DNA from: Rhynchopus sp. YZ270_cl-10
Taxonomy: Eukaryota
Length of the DNA stretch: 64,000 nt
Direction: 5' to 3'
Assembly: GCA_964035575.1 (NCBI GenBank)
Contig: OZ037834.1
Span: 248,001 to 312,000 of the forward strand
Under the pieces are notes generated by a model that saw only the letters and a list, made by a program, of their open reading frames with translations, was not told the DNA's origin and searched no databases. Position 1 is the stretch's first letter, and each line of letters begins with the position of its first letter. Shown here one piece after another: positions 8,877-21,600 of the stretch. The position numbers were made by a program, and so were the translations under genes.

Positions 8877-11822
8877 TGTACCGTTTTGCCTATGACACTA
8901 CTGGGCACAGCTAGCACCATACTCACCTGAGCTGTGCCTATATTAGGCACAATTCCAGTACAGTTTCAGCACAAGTACACACAACTAACCACAACTAACC
9001 ACAATTACACCACAATTACACACAATTACACCGAAATTACGCTGGGGAAAAAAATGGTACACCACCCTACAGGGAAGCATGCCACCACATGTAAGTGACC
9101 TCTGTACTGTACTGTACTGTACTGTACTGTACTGTACTGTACTGTACTGTACTGTACTGTACTGTACTGTACTGTACTGTACTGTACTGTACTGTACTGT
9201 ACTGTACTGTACTGTACTGTACTGTACTGTACTGTACTGTACTGTACTGTACTGTACTGTACTGTACTGTACTGTACTGTACTGTACTGTACTGTACTGT
9301 ACTGTACTGTACTGTACTGTACTGTACTGTACTGTACTGTACTGTACTGTACTGTACTGTACTGTACTGTACTGTACTGTACTGTACTGTACTGTACTGT
9401 ACTGTACTGTACTGTACTGTACTGTACTGTACTGTACTGTACTGTACTGTACTGTACTGTACTGTACTGTACTGTACTGTACTGTACTGTACTGTACTGT
9501 ACTGTACTGTACTGTACTGTACTGTACTGTACTGTACTGTACTGTACTGTACTGTACTGTACTGTACTGTACTGTACTGTACTGTACTGTACTGTACTGT
9601 ACTGTACTGTACTGTACTGTACTGTACTGTACTGTACTGTACTGTACTGTACTGTACTGTACTGTACTGTACTGTACTGTACTGTACTGTACTGTACTGT
9701 ACTGTACTGTACTGTACTGTACTGTACTGTACTGTACTGTACTGTACTGTACTGTACTGTACTGTACTGTACTGTACTGTACTGTACTGTACTGTACTGT
9801 ACTGTACTGTACTGTACTGTACTGTACTGTACTGTACTGTACTGTACTGTACTGTACTGTACTGTACTGTACTGTACTGTACTGTACTGTACTGTACTGT
9901 ACTGTACTGTACTGTACTGTACTGTACTGTACTGTACTGTACTGTACTGTACTGTACTGTACTGTACTGTACTGTACTCCCAATCCCCTGTGTATACTGT
10001 GTATACTGTGTATACTGTGTATACTGTGTATACTGTGTATACTGTGTATACTGTGTATACTGTGTATACTGTGTATACTGTGTATACTGTGTATACTGTG
10101 TATACTGTGTATACTGTGTATACTGTGTATACTGTGTATACTGTGTATACTGTGTATACTGTGTATACTGTGTATACTGTGTATACTGTGTATACTGTGT
10201 ATACTGTGTATACTGTGTATACTGTGTATACTGTGTATACTGTGTATACTGTGTATACTGTGTATACTGTGTATACTGTGTATACTGTGTATACTGTGTA
10301 TACTGTGTATACTGTGTATACTGTGTATACTGTGTATACTGTGTATACTGTGTATACTGTGTATACTGTGTATACTGTGTATACTGTGTATACTGTGTAT
10401 ACTGTGTATACTGTGTATACTGTGTATACTGTGTATACTGTGTATACTGTGTATACTGTGTATACTGTGTATACTGTGTATACTGTGTATACTGTGTATA
10501 CTGTGTATACTGTGTATACTGTGTATACTGTGTATACTGTGTATACTGTGTATACTGTGTATACTGTGTATACTGTGTATACTGTGTATACTGTGTATAC
10601 TGTGTATACTGTACTGTACTGTACTGTACTGTACTGTACTGTACTGTACTGTACTGTACTGTACTGTACTGTACTGTACTGTACTGTACTGTACTGTACT
10701 GTACTGTACTGTACTGTACTGTACTGTACTGTACTGTACTGTACTGTACTGTACTGTACTGTACTGTACTGTACTGTACTGTACTGTACTGTACTGTACT
10801 GTACTGTACTGTACTGTACTGTACTGTACTGTACTGTACTGTACTGTACTGTACTGTACTGTACTGTACTGTACTGTACTGTACTGTACTGTACTGTACT
10901 GTACTGTACTGTACTGTACTGTACTGTACTGTACTGTACTGTACTGTACTGTACTGTACTGTACTGTACTGTACTGTACTGTACTGTACTGTACTGTACT
11001 GTACTGTACTGTACTGTACTGTACTGTACTGTACTGTACTGTACTCCCAATCCCCTGTGTATACTGTGTATACTGTGTATACTGTGTATACTGTGTATAC
11101 TGTGTATACTGTGTATACTGTGTATACTGTGTATACTGTGTATACTGTGTATACTGTGTATACTGTGTATACTGTGTATACTGTGTATACTGTGTATACT
11201 GTGTATACTGTGTATACTGTGTATACTGTGTATACTGTGTATACTGTGTATACTGTGTATACTGTGTATACTGTGTATACTGTGTATACTGTGTATACTG
11301 TGTATACTGTGTATACTGCGGAATTGACCAACAACGAGAACGTGTCCATTTCGGCAAATTGACCCCATCACTGGCCGGACGGATTCCGGAAATGCAAATG
11401 CCGGCGTTTAAAAGATTCACCAACGAAAACAATTTTTTTTTTCAACACATGAATGCCCCCCTAACCGGCATGACAACTGGTAGAAACGCGGGGAATCGGT
11501 TATGCAGCCACGCCAAAAAAAGTGCAATATTAAGAGAAATGTTATCAAAGTCTTGTTGGCCGACCTTCAGCATTATTGGGCACTAAATTTAAGATAAGAG
11601 AGCAGGAGAAACATGCAGAAAACAAAAAAATCCGTTTTTGCACACTTACACACACGTACCCACAAGTACCAACACTTACGCACACTTACGTACACTTACG
11701 CACACGTACACACACTTACGCAGAACTGAGCAGAACTGACCAAAACTGAGCACAATCACGCCACAATTACACCACAATTACACCACAATTACAGCACAAT
11801 TACAGCGGCCCAAAACGGTACA
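8877..11822. mobile_element. Non-autonomous TIR element carrying expanded microsatellites
   Basis: 12-bp TIR TGTACCGTTTTG / CAAAACGGTACA set in A-runs. 11316-11822 is homologous to about 43803-44128, and CACAATTAC repeats lie near both ends. Confidence 0.65.
9102..11315. repeat. Compound microsatellite (CTGTA)~175-CTCCCAATCCC-(CTGTGTATA)~69-(CTGTA)~87-CTCCCAATCCC-(CTGTGTATA)~29
   Basis: Directly visible, apparently perfect arrays; unit counts derived from the array boundaries. Confidence 0.97.
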
Positions 11823-12871
11823 AAAAACGTCTTTTTTTTTTCCAAAAAAAAAAAGGAACAGCTATTACAAAAAAAAAACCTTGAGCTGAACCAATCTCAC
11901 AACAGGGGGCGGGTCATGTGGCTAACCGTCGTCGGATTATGAAACAAAAAAAAATATGCTCTTGGATGGAGTGACTCCGGCACAATAGACGTGAGGTGGA
12001 AGAGTAGAGATTAGTGGAGCTCATCCTCGGGGGGTGTCTACACTGATACAATCAAATTTTCAAAAGAAAAAAAAAAACTTTTGGGTGGTTTTTGTGTAGG
12101 GAACCCTCTCGGGGTGATTGTCGATACAAAAGATTATATAGGCTTATGAGGCAACGAAGGAGCCAGAGGGGGGGAACGGGATGGGTGGGTGGGTGGGTGG
12201 TGACTTTTTTTTATTTTGGTTTTTGTTTTGTTTTCAGTGCCTGCGTCCCAGAGGCGCTATCAACTTTACCAATTTTTTTTTGAACACAGATCCTTGCCTT
12301 TGTGATCCGTCGATCAGCTGATATAGGGGTAAAATTCAGTCAGGGTTTTAATCCTATCGAGCCCTGACGTCGAAACAAACAAAATACAATAAAAGAACCA
12401 CAAGCAGCACAATTTTTTTTATATAGCCTGTCCCACACTGCGAAAACGGGTAGACCGGCTGAGCGGGTTGTGCACCTCTCTCGTTCACTTACGGTACGGG
12501 GCAAGCCATTAGGGGTTCTTTTTTACATCTTCTGTTGTTGGCCGCAGGGTACTTGTGCTTTTATCCGGAAGGCTGGCATCGTACGTGGGTCAGTCGGAGG
12601 TGCCTGCACTAATAACTTCACTTTTTTTTTTGCACCTTTCTGTTGTTCAGGATAGGGTACATTTAGTGCACCCTATAATATACCTTCTATTCAGTAGAAT
12701 AGATAGTATATGGAACACCTTTCTGTTCTGCAGGATACTGCTTTCATCCGGATGGCTAGTCATCGCACGTGGGTCCGTCCGCGCCTGCATCAATAACTTC
12801 AATTTTCCCCCTCCCCTATCCAACCACCAGCACCCCCCCCTCCTCCTCCTCCTCCTCCTCCTCCTCAAACC

Positions 12872-13669
12872 ATGCCCGACACCACCCCCCACTCCGAAGG
12901 CCCCGTAGACTACGTCAGCCGCAAGCAGGTCCCTGAGCTCATCGATGCCCTCATGCTCAAGCTCATTGACCAACGCCCCGAAGACCCACGCGCCTTCTTT
13001 GCCGCCCTCCTCTCCGGGGGCGCACCGCCTGTTGAAGGAGCGGGAAAAGTAGACATCTATTTGGCCCGTGTTAGTGTTGGATGTCACGCTCCGTTGTTGG
13101 TGTTACGCTTAGCGGGGATTGAGCATGAGATTCATGACATCGATTTGATGAAGGGGGAGCAAATGACGCCGGAATTTCTTGCAATCAATCCGACCCATAC
13201 GGTGCCGGCGATCCGCGACAACAATGGCGACTGTGTGTGGGACAGTGTGTCGATCATGCGGCATCTCTGTGGAAAGTTCCTCACCGCACGGAAGTACTAC
13301 CCCGCACAACACAGCCTCCGAGCACACTGCGATATGGCGCTGGAGTGGAGACACACAAAGCTGTACCCTGCAGTGGCAGACGCGGTGTACCCAGCCCTAG
13401 GCTTTGCGGAGGCAGTCGGCGATTCACAGACCAAGGCAATAGACTCATTGACCAAACCAAAAGACGGGCACTTCACGCTCCTAGCTGACTTCTTCCTGAA
13501 CGGAAAGACCTTCATCTGCGGGGAGGACCTGACAATAGCAGACATATCAGTGTTCACCTCGTTGGTGCTCCTTGAAGGGCTGCCAGAGGTAGTGTTGCCT
13601 CCTGTGTTGCAAGCGTATAAGGATGCGTGTTGGGCGGCGTGTTCATATGACGTATGTCTTTTTATGTAA
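12872..13669 (+). CDS. Glutathione S-transferase (theta/delta-like) with an N-terminal RIIa/Dpy-30-like docking domain
   Basis: GST motifs IDLMKGEQMTPEFLAINPTHTVPAI.D...VWDSVSIMRHL and FICGEDLTIADI. N-terminal DYVSRKQVPELIDALMLKLIDQRPEDPRAFFAALL matches the D/D pattern. Confidence 0.9.
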   Translation: MPDTTPHSEGPVDYVSRKQVPELIDALMLKLIDQRPEDPRAFFAALLSGGAPPVEGAGKVDIYLARVSVGCHAPLLVLRLAGIEHEIHDIDLMKGEQMTPEFLAINPTHTVPAIRDNNGDCVWDSVSIMRHLCGKFLTARKYYPAQHSLRAHCDMALEWRHTKLYPAVADAVYPALGFAEAVGDSQTKAIDSLTKPKDGHFTLLADFFLNGKTFICGEDLTIADISVFTSLVLLEGLPEVVLPPVLQAYKDACWAACSYDVCLFM

Positions 13670-14564
13670 TTTTTTTTGGAGATTTTTTTAGGTGCGGTTA
13701 GCAAAATGCTTCTGATACCTCGTTTTGGAAATAAAAAGAGTTAGGGGGATTCGGCTCCAGCAGGGGTGAGGGGGGTCTGTTTCCTTTTGGTCAGCCAATC
13801 CTGATCTGATGAGAATACCTCACAGACGCGTTCTGGTTCAATGAAGCATAAGCTTTTTGTGGGGAGAAGAGGAGCTCGGGATATGAGGGTTCTCGCCGTA
13901 GCGGTGCACATTCTGAGCATGTGCCCGTGGCGCATTTCACGCAGTAGGTGGTAATTGAGCTTGGCGTAGGTGCTGGGGGTTTGTAGAGAGGGGAGGGTGG
14001 CGTTCTGTGTGCAGACGCATGGCTTTGATGGTCTACACTGTTATGAGGGGGATAGGCAGAGGGGTCGTCCTGCAGTTTGGAGAAGGGGCGTGTCGTTTCG
14101 CCATCTCTGTAGACGGTTTCGTTGCCTTGTAGGTTCACGTGGTGGGGGATGTACCGTCCATTGGAGGATGACGTGGGTGTTCTTCTTCGTCTAAAATTTC
14201 CGTTCAGATGTCGTGGAGCGTTGGTGTCTTAGAGGATGGGCTGTCCACTTGCTCTGTCTAGTGCACTTTTATTTAAAAAGGTGAAAAGCAAATGAGAAAA
14301 GCTCAGGTTTATGTAATCTGTAGGGTTTCTGTTTGTATTGACAAATTGCCCACCTAGGTAATCCAGCAGGGGGAGCAATGAGTGTAGATGTGACAAAGGA
14401 GGAAATAGTAGTGAAAGGACAACAAATGATGCAAAAAATAGTAAGAATGGGTGGGGTAATGTAATGTGGTTTTTTTTTGTAGTTGATTTGCACCAAATCT
14501 TCCTGTATTAGGTGTGCATGGCGGTCGTATTGTGATAACTATTCTTCTCCTTTAAAGCAAGCTT

Positions 14565-14681
14565 CCACCTGATTTTTACCCCGCGTAAAGGCGTGTATAG
14601 GGCCGTATAGGTCCGTACAGGCACATACGGACCGTCCGTACACGCTTTTACGCGCCTATACGCGGGGTAAAAATCAGGTGG
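14565..14681. mobile_element. MITE with CCACCTGATTTTTACCCCGCGTA TIR
   Basis: Perfect 23-bp inverted ends, flanked by AAGCTT on both sides; a shorter copy at 54968-55016 is flanked by ATGAA. Confidence 0.8.
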
Positions 14682-15178
14682 AAGCTTGTCGGAAAAGAAA
14701 GCAAATAGTGGAGTCCATCCTCGGGATGTCTACACTAATATCAACCAAGTTTTCAGTAGCAAAACCAATTCTCCACCAAACACACAGGAGGTCTACGAAG
14801 GCTTTGGGGGCTTTGGGGTGAAGCAGTTCCTGGACACCAAGCTGAAGCCGAAGGAATGAAAACCCGCTGTGCAAAAAAAAGTTAATTCGGGATGAGACAA
14901 GACCAAACGTGAAGGAAGAAGTGGGGGAACGGAGGACGGGGAGGGGGAAAAAGAAAAAAAGAAAAAAAAGTATAGTGGAGTTCATCCTCGGGTGTCTATC
15001 ACTACTACAAACCAAGTTTTCAAAAAAAAGGAAAGAAAGTGGAGGCTATGCATTTGAATCCATTGAGCCCCGTAAAAAAAAAACTGTGTGTAAGCTCTCT
15101 ACCCCCCCTCCTTTTGTCCCTCTTTCCTGTCACGTGGTTTTTATGATTTTGTTTTTCTCGGTCTTTGTTTCATAGTTA

Positions 15179-15309
15179 CACGACGGGTAAAGTAAAATTG
15201 ACTTGACTTTGTGGTTTACACCATTGTACGCCATTTATTTGTCATTATTAGAAAGGTACACTGTTTCACGAGCGGGCTTTGTGTTTCAAAGTCAAATTTT
15301 ACTGTCGTA
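15179..15309. mobile_element. Degenerate MITE, CACGACG-end family
   Basis: TA-CACGACGGGTAAAGT ... ATTTTACTGTCGTA-TA imperfect inverted ends. Confidence 0.5.
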
Positions 15310-15926
15310 TACCAGAAGCCTCTCTCATTACCAACATATTAGGACCATCGTACCAAAAACTTCCTCCCTTCTTTTTTATGTATTTTTTAAGTAACCCCCA
15401 AAGTGCAACACCTCCCCGGGGGTTCGATAACCCCGCGGAGTGTCAGTGCCCTGCGTCTCACAAGAGGCGTCTTGCACTATGAACATTCACTATATTTTTG
15501 TTGTTGTTGTAGGCCGCAGGGTACTTTTGTGCTTTCATCCAGATGGCTGGCATCGTACAGTGGGTCAGTCGGAGGGTGTGCCTGCATCAACTATTCCTTG
15601 TTTTCGTCTTTGCCTGCATCAATAACCACCGTTTTTTTCTATATTTTTCTCTCTTTTTCATTCAAAATAAAATAAACTTATGAAAACACGTCTCCTCAAC
15701 TCTTCTTGGCTTTCTCTGGCGAGGGACGGCGTGCATGTATTAGTGGTGTGGTGTGGCTTTGTGGTGTGTGTGCGTGAGTTTGAAAGCAAAAGTGGATGGA
15801 TCCTCAGGGCGAAAGCATTGCCCATAAAATGGAGGGGGGGGTGGCCTCCTGGGGGGGGGGGGAGGATTAAGTCACAGCAGACGGCCCCGTTGGGTTGTTC
15901 TCCTGTACTTAAAGAGAGGGGGTAAA

Positions 15927-16052
15927 TGGGGTGATCCGGGGATAGTATTCTGCTACGAAATTCGCAAACCAGGAAATTATTTTTTTTTGCGATTCGCATT
16001 CCGGGTTTTTGCGATTTTTGTGGCAAGAATACTACCCCAGATCACCCCCCCA
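15927..16052. mobile_element. MITE with TG...CA ends and 5-bp TSD GTAAA
   Basis: TGGGGTGATCCGGGGATAGTATTCT / AGAATACTACCCCAGATCACCCCCCCA; GTAAA at 15922-15926 and 16053-16057. Confidence 0.8.
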
Positions 16053-17204
16053 GTAAATGTGTTTGATAACTAATAGGGGTAATTCTTGCGCACATTCTGG
16101 CGCCACTTTTTTTTTTTTTTGTTGATTGAGAAGGTTCCCAACATAGTTCATGTACACATTGATTGACACGACATTTTACCAAAAAAGATGTGTATGTGTT
16201 ACGGTGCGGTATATCCATCTTCGTTTTTAAATCTGATATGATGAGTTTTTTATTTGATATGTACTGCAAATCGTACTCCTCCTATTTGCTCTCTTTTAAG
16301 GATCCCTGCGAAGAAAAAAAAAATGGTCTGCTATCTAGTGATAGTATGTCTATAATCAAACGAAATCTTATGTGATGACTCTCTCGATGCGTAGGGTCAT
16401 CTGTTCCAACCTTTTTCCCTCTATTGAAGGGTGTGGCTAAAGCTTGTGAAGGCTTGGTGTCATAACACCGGTGTATTTTTTTTTTTTTTCCTTTTTTTTT
16501 TTTTTTTCCTGTTCTCTTTTGTTAGTCCCTCAAGCAGCTAAAGTCTTTGTTGCTGCTAGTTGCTCTTGAAACACTAGAGCGTTGTACCCCCCATTTTTTT
16601 TTTTTAAACCCCCCTCCTCTGTAGTTTGTGCATGTAGATGATAGGTGGTGGCTCATATTTTGCTAAATACCATTCGTCAATGCACAACAAAAATTATTAC
16701 CCTTTCTCTTTTAACTCTCTTACAAAAACAAAAAAAAGCAAAAAATTGCAGTTGGCGACTTCGTCAGTCCCACAGAAAATTTGACAAAACAAACGAACCC
16801 AAATTCACAAAAAAAAAAAAAAAAAAAAAGTCTCACCCAATACCTTCCCCTTACAATTTTCTTTCACACAAGATTGATGCTGTGCGATAACCAATTTGTG
16901 ATCAAAAAAAAAAATAACCCCCTCTCACATTCCCTCCCACCCCCTCCACCCACAGAGCACCCCCCCCCCCCCAATACACATACACAAAACCCCCCTTTTT
17001 TTTTTTCGTTTCATCTTCGGGTAAAGAACGAACCGCATATACGCAACCACACCTTCATAACTCCTTGTGCACGAAAAAGGCACATCCACCCACCCCTCTT
17101 CCTTCCCCTTCCGTTTTAAAAAAACAACAACTTTTTCTCCTTTTCCTTTTCCTTTTCCTTTTCCGTCTCTTTCTCTCTCTCTTTTTCTCAAATCCAAAAA
17201 AAAA

Positions 17205-18683
17205 ATGCAAGCCTTTGATGAGAGTTCCGACGACGGAGATTATGACAGTGATTTTTGTCATTCTGAATCCGGTCGCGTTTCCGTTTCCATTTCCGGGACG
17301 AAGAGTGGTCCTGCGATCAGCACCTCAGCTACCTACCCGCACCCCTCTCATCACACTCCGTCAGTATCCTCTTTAAAACGAACCTCTTTAAACCGAACCG
17401 AAAGCCCTTCCAAACAAAGCAGTCCTGACACACCTAATCTTGAGTCTTTAGTGGACAGCGAATTTCAGGTCGATCTGTTCTTCGGCGGAAATGACAGAGA
17501 CGACGTGTTTTCGCCTCAAAAAACAGCGTCCCTCGCTTCCTCGTCTATCAGAGGGTCAAGAGATGAAGAGTTAAATTCGCTGCGGCTGTCGTTGTCAAGC
17601 AGAAAAAATTTGAGGTTGGCCCCGCCACAGCCTTTAGATGTTGGAGGGGGAGGAGGAGGAGGAGGGGGAGCTGCAATGCCGATTGGTGATGCCATTTTCA
17701 CTCCTCCACCAAGATCAAATTCTTCAAAAGCTTCGAATGAAACCTCAAGACAGGCGACACCATCGGGGTTGAGCGGAGGGAAGTCAAGATTTTCCGATTC
17801 TCCAATTTCTCCAGGACTTCTAGGAGCTTCTCCGGCATCAAATCAATCGGGAAGGGGGAGAAGAGGGTCTTTTATGGATGCATTTAAGAAGACAGTGTCG
17901 ATCATTGCGAGAACACCAAAAGAAAAACCTGAGGAGGTGAATTTTTCGAATGAATTGCCGGGGACCCCTACCACTCCTACGATTATTTCGATGAGGTATG
18001 ACGTTAATGATGACGATTCCACTCCAGGGCACGCTCCGTCGACGTCTCCCTCCGGAAATTCTTCATTTCCAGATTTGGAGAACAGAAGCTCCCCGAAAGA
18101 CCTATGCACACCCCCACGAAGAGAATCCACCTCACCAAAATCTAAAAGAAAGAGAAGGGGATCCATGCTCCGTCTCGGTGGGGTAAGAGAAGGCCTTCAA
18201 GGAGATGACGACAACGTCCACATCCCGGTTCACCGAAGCGGGAGTACCGGAAGCAATGAGGGTGCTGCAAATGAATGGGAACACTCCATAAAAACACCGG
18301 GATCTGCGTTTTTAAGTGCAAACAATATGAATATCACCTTCAGTTCACTACCAAAATCGCCGCTTTCTTCGAGAGTAGGGTATATGGAGAAATCTGTGAT
18401 GACTTCCGAATGTTGTGTAAGAGTTGCCCTTTTAGATGCGGAAGAGGAAATGCGGGATCAATTCATTAAATGCAGTGTTGTCGAAGCAGAGACAATAGGA
18501 AGAGCAGAGATCGATCGGAAACATGGTGTAACCGCGGCAGCGATTTTCGCACAATATGCAACATTAATGATCTTATTAGAAAGAGAATTGACGCAGCGTG
18601 CTATGCGCGAATGTGCGGAGATGAAAGTCAAGTACGCGATGTACCGTTCCCAATGTGAATTGGAGAATGGAGGATCATCATAA
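17205..18683 (+). CDS. Ser/Pro-rich disordered protein with a C-terminal helical/coiled-coil region
   Basis: About 492 aa from ATG 17205, after a long polypyrimidine tract; many SP/TP sites, two RRGS motifs and an E/R-rich helical C-terminus. Confidence 0.8.
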   Translation: MQAFDESSDDGDYDSDFCHSESGRVSVSISGTKSGPAISTSATYPHPSHHTPSVSSLKRTSLNRTESPSKQSSPDTPNLESLVDSEFQVDLFFGGNDRDDVFSPQKTASLASSSIRGSRDEELNSLRLSLSSRKNLRLAPPQPLDVGGGGGGGGGAAMPIGDAIFTPPPRSNSSKASNETSRQATPSGLSGGKSRFSDSPISPGLLGASPASNQSGRGRRGSFMDAFKKTVSIIARTPKEKPEEVNFSNELPGTPTTPTIISMRYDVNDDDSTPGHAPSTSPSGNSSFPDLENRSSPKDLCTPPRRESTSPKSKRKRRGSMLRLGGVREGLQGDDDNVHIPVHRSGSTGSNEGAANEWEHSIKTPGSAFLSANNMNITFSSLPKSPLSSRVGYMEKSVMTSECCVRVALLDAEEEMRDQFIKCSVVEAETIGRAEIDRKHGVTAAAIFAQYATLMILLERELTQRAMRECAEMKVKYAMYRSQCELENGGSS

Positions 18684-21600
18684 AAAAGGGGGATCGAAGG
18701 GAAGGAGGGAGGGAGAGGAAGGGAGGGGGGTTTTGTTTTTTTTATTTGAGTTTTTTTTGGGTTCGATAAAAACCCATGGAGAGAGAAGTAGTGTCTGAAG
18801 AGCGTCCGCCGATGAACGGTGAGGTGTTTTTTTGGACCTTTTTTTTTCCCCCCCTCCAGTGCCCTGCACCCCAGAGGTGTATTGCACGATGTCAAAACTT
18901 CACTTTTTTTTAAGTTTAAAAAACTCTTGTTTGGGTTACATTTAGTGCACCCTGTTATACCTTCTATTCAGTAGAATAGTTAGTATATGAAACAATAAAA
19001 TACCCGTCTGTATTTTTAGCACTGTGATGAAGGCTTCGGTTTTATCTGAAAACTGAGATTTTTTTTTCTATTTCTAAGCCTTCTTTTTCGGAAAAGAATG
19101 TATATGAAATAATGTCTATACCAACTTTACCCCTTTTTTACTATTCAAAAAAACCCCGTTTCCTTTCAGTTTTTGTTTTTTTTTGTATTTATTTATGTGG
19201 TATAGGGCTTCTGGTCTGGAAGACCTCTGTCTGTTTTCTCAGATTTCCCCCCCTCCCCTTTATGACCTTCCCCCCCCTTTTTTTTCCCACTTAGTCACCA
19301 CCCCCCTCCTCCCTACCTTTAAAATGTGGTTTTTTCGAACACAGTTCCTCTATTTTTTTCTTGAAAAATAGGCACATTTGCCACGAGAGCGAACTTTACT
19401 TTGGATCCTTTGTAAGTCATTTCCCTACTTTTCCACTGTGCTGAAATAACACAACCTAGTTTGCGTCAATAGATGCGAAGAGAAAGGGGAAGGTTATTAT
19501 ATTTTCATGTTTTTTTTCTTCTTTTCGCACACGTGGTTAATTCATCAAAAAAAAACTAAAATAAGAACTATTTTTTTCTCTCAAAACACTACCTCACCAC
19601 TCTCACTACTCTCCTCTCTTCCTCTCCATCAATTTACAAGAAGGGTTGTTGTCGTTTAAACAAACGATAGTGGAGTTCATCCTTCGGGTGTCTACACTAA
19701 TACAACCAAGTTTTCAAAAAAAAAGCACAATCGGGCCTAGGTCATTCTTTCCTCTTCTTGGGAATAAATAATGTTTTTTTTTGTGTGGATGCTTCATTAC
19801 ACAATGCAACAACGAAACTTTGAGACAAAGAGACACAAAGTGACTTTTTTGTGCTTTTATTCGGATAGCCACACATTGTATAGTGGGTCAATCGGAGGTG
19901 ACCACATGCATCAAGAACTACCATTTTGATTTTTTTTTGATAGAGTATTTTTGATTTTCCCAACCTTCCTGTATACACGCGTCAGCAACCAATACAGGTA
20001 GTGTATTGAAATGATTCTGGGGGGGGGGTAAGGGGTCTAATTTTAATTTCGTCGATTTTGAGAAAAATTTTGGCCAAAAATGGGCCCCACGTATAAGGAA
20101 CCGGGCTCATATTTCTCAAAATTTAAGTGGTCAAAAAATTGTCCAATTTTCCGAAATGACCCCACCGCTGCACGGGCGGAGCCCAAAAATGCAAATAAGC
20201 CACTTTTTGGTTTCATTGAAATGATGCGGCTGACACTGAGGAAGTATGGTTTACGGCGTCCCACTGAGGGGGCGAACCCTTTTTAATTTTTTGTTCTCTT
20301 GAAATGTGTAATTTCATGTTTTCGCGAAAAAAAATACGAACTGATCCTACAAGGGTTGAAGGAAGGTGTGAGGAAAACAATAATAACAAGAACAACTAAT
20401 TGCTAAGAAAAAAAATGGGGTGTGATGTGGATAACTCCGCGCGATTTTCGAAACCACCATAGCATCCTGGCGATTTTCTGGAGGTACTGATGTGACGATG
20501 CCTGGTGCGATCGACGACGTGTTGTCGTCTGTGCATTATGTGTTCCTTCCGCACTGCTCTGATGACGCGACGATGCGTGGGAGCCTGTGGACGACTACGA
20601 GCTGGAACATGCCGAGGCCGCCCGAGCGAATGGTTATCGAGCCTGCCGAGACTACGTCCAATAACGCGATGGAGCAGATGGTGCTGGACGAAGAGGACAG
20701 CCCCACTGTTTAAAAGTTTCAGATGCAGGCATCCCAGTGGGTCCAGCGTACGAAGAGCGTTTTAGCATACCTGCAGAAGAGCAGAATGCTGGCGTGTTGT
20801 AGATTATATCTTTTTCAGAGTGGAGTTCCACAGCACACCCGGTTTTTTTTCCGATAGCAATTACTTGTTTTTTTTTGAATTCCAACTCTTTTTTAGATGG
20901 TGAACACCATCTTAGGTGACCTGAGCATGTGTCTTGGAGTCATCTTGTCATCCACTTGTTTCTCTGTTCTTGTCCCCTTCTCTTCGATTACGCACGGAGC
21001 TTTCAGTGCCTTCTTTCCATTGAGGCATTTGCACTGATCAACTTCACATTTCCCATCTCCTCAACTACGAGCCCACATAAAAAAATGTGGAGCTGTTGCA
21101 CAACGGTGGCAACTGCACCTGGTTCCAACAATTTGCCTTCTTATTTTAAAAAGAGCAACTTTTTTTTCTTGAGTTTTGGACGATTTGCGCTTTTTTCTAT
21201 TCATTTTATTTTGTATCTGCATCCGCCGATGAACGGTGAGGCGTTTGCACTTTTCAACTTTCTCTTTCTTTCCACAACAAATAGCCTTTTTGGACTAAAA
21301 AAAATGGGTACAAATCCTTCATACTCAGCTTAGGTGATTATATAGTCAAAAAAAATGACAGTGGAGATTGCACAAAAACTGTGGCAACACAAACCGAGGC
21401 AAACTACACTACAACAATTTATCAAAAAAAACTACAAAATAAAATACATTTACGGTGGTGGTCAAAGATGGCATTAGTTCACCGTAGAGACTTTGTATAA
21501 AGGTGCCCTCCGATTGAGATCAACAGAAAATTAAATGGTTTTTTTTTTTTGTGCCATCAGCATCTTCGTCTTTCGAAAAAAGGGGCAAATTGGAGACGCG

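Noticed and set aside
8985..11586. Six long ORFs (445-835 aa) across the satellite
   Set aside because: The 5- and 9-bp units lack stop codons in every frame, so these are translation artefacts.
13741..14500. Minus-strand CxxC...CxxC fragment (YCVKCATGTCSEC), possible TE remnant
   Set aside because: Short broken frames with no other supporting motif.
15401..15460. tRNA gene (GGTTCGATAACC, B-box-like; also near 27160)
   Set aside because: No cloverleaf, acceptor stem or A-box could be built.
20492..20713. 73-aa GC-rich ORF
   Set aside because: Short and without a motif; probably a TE or gene fragment.
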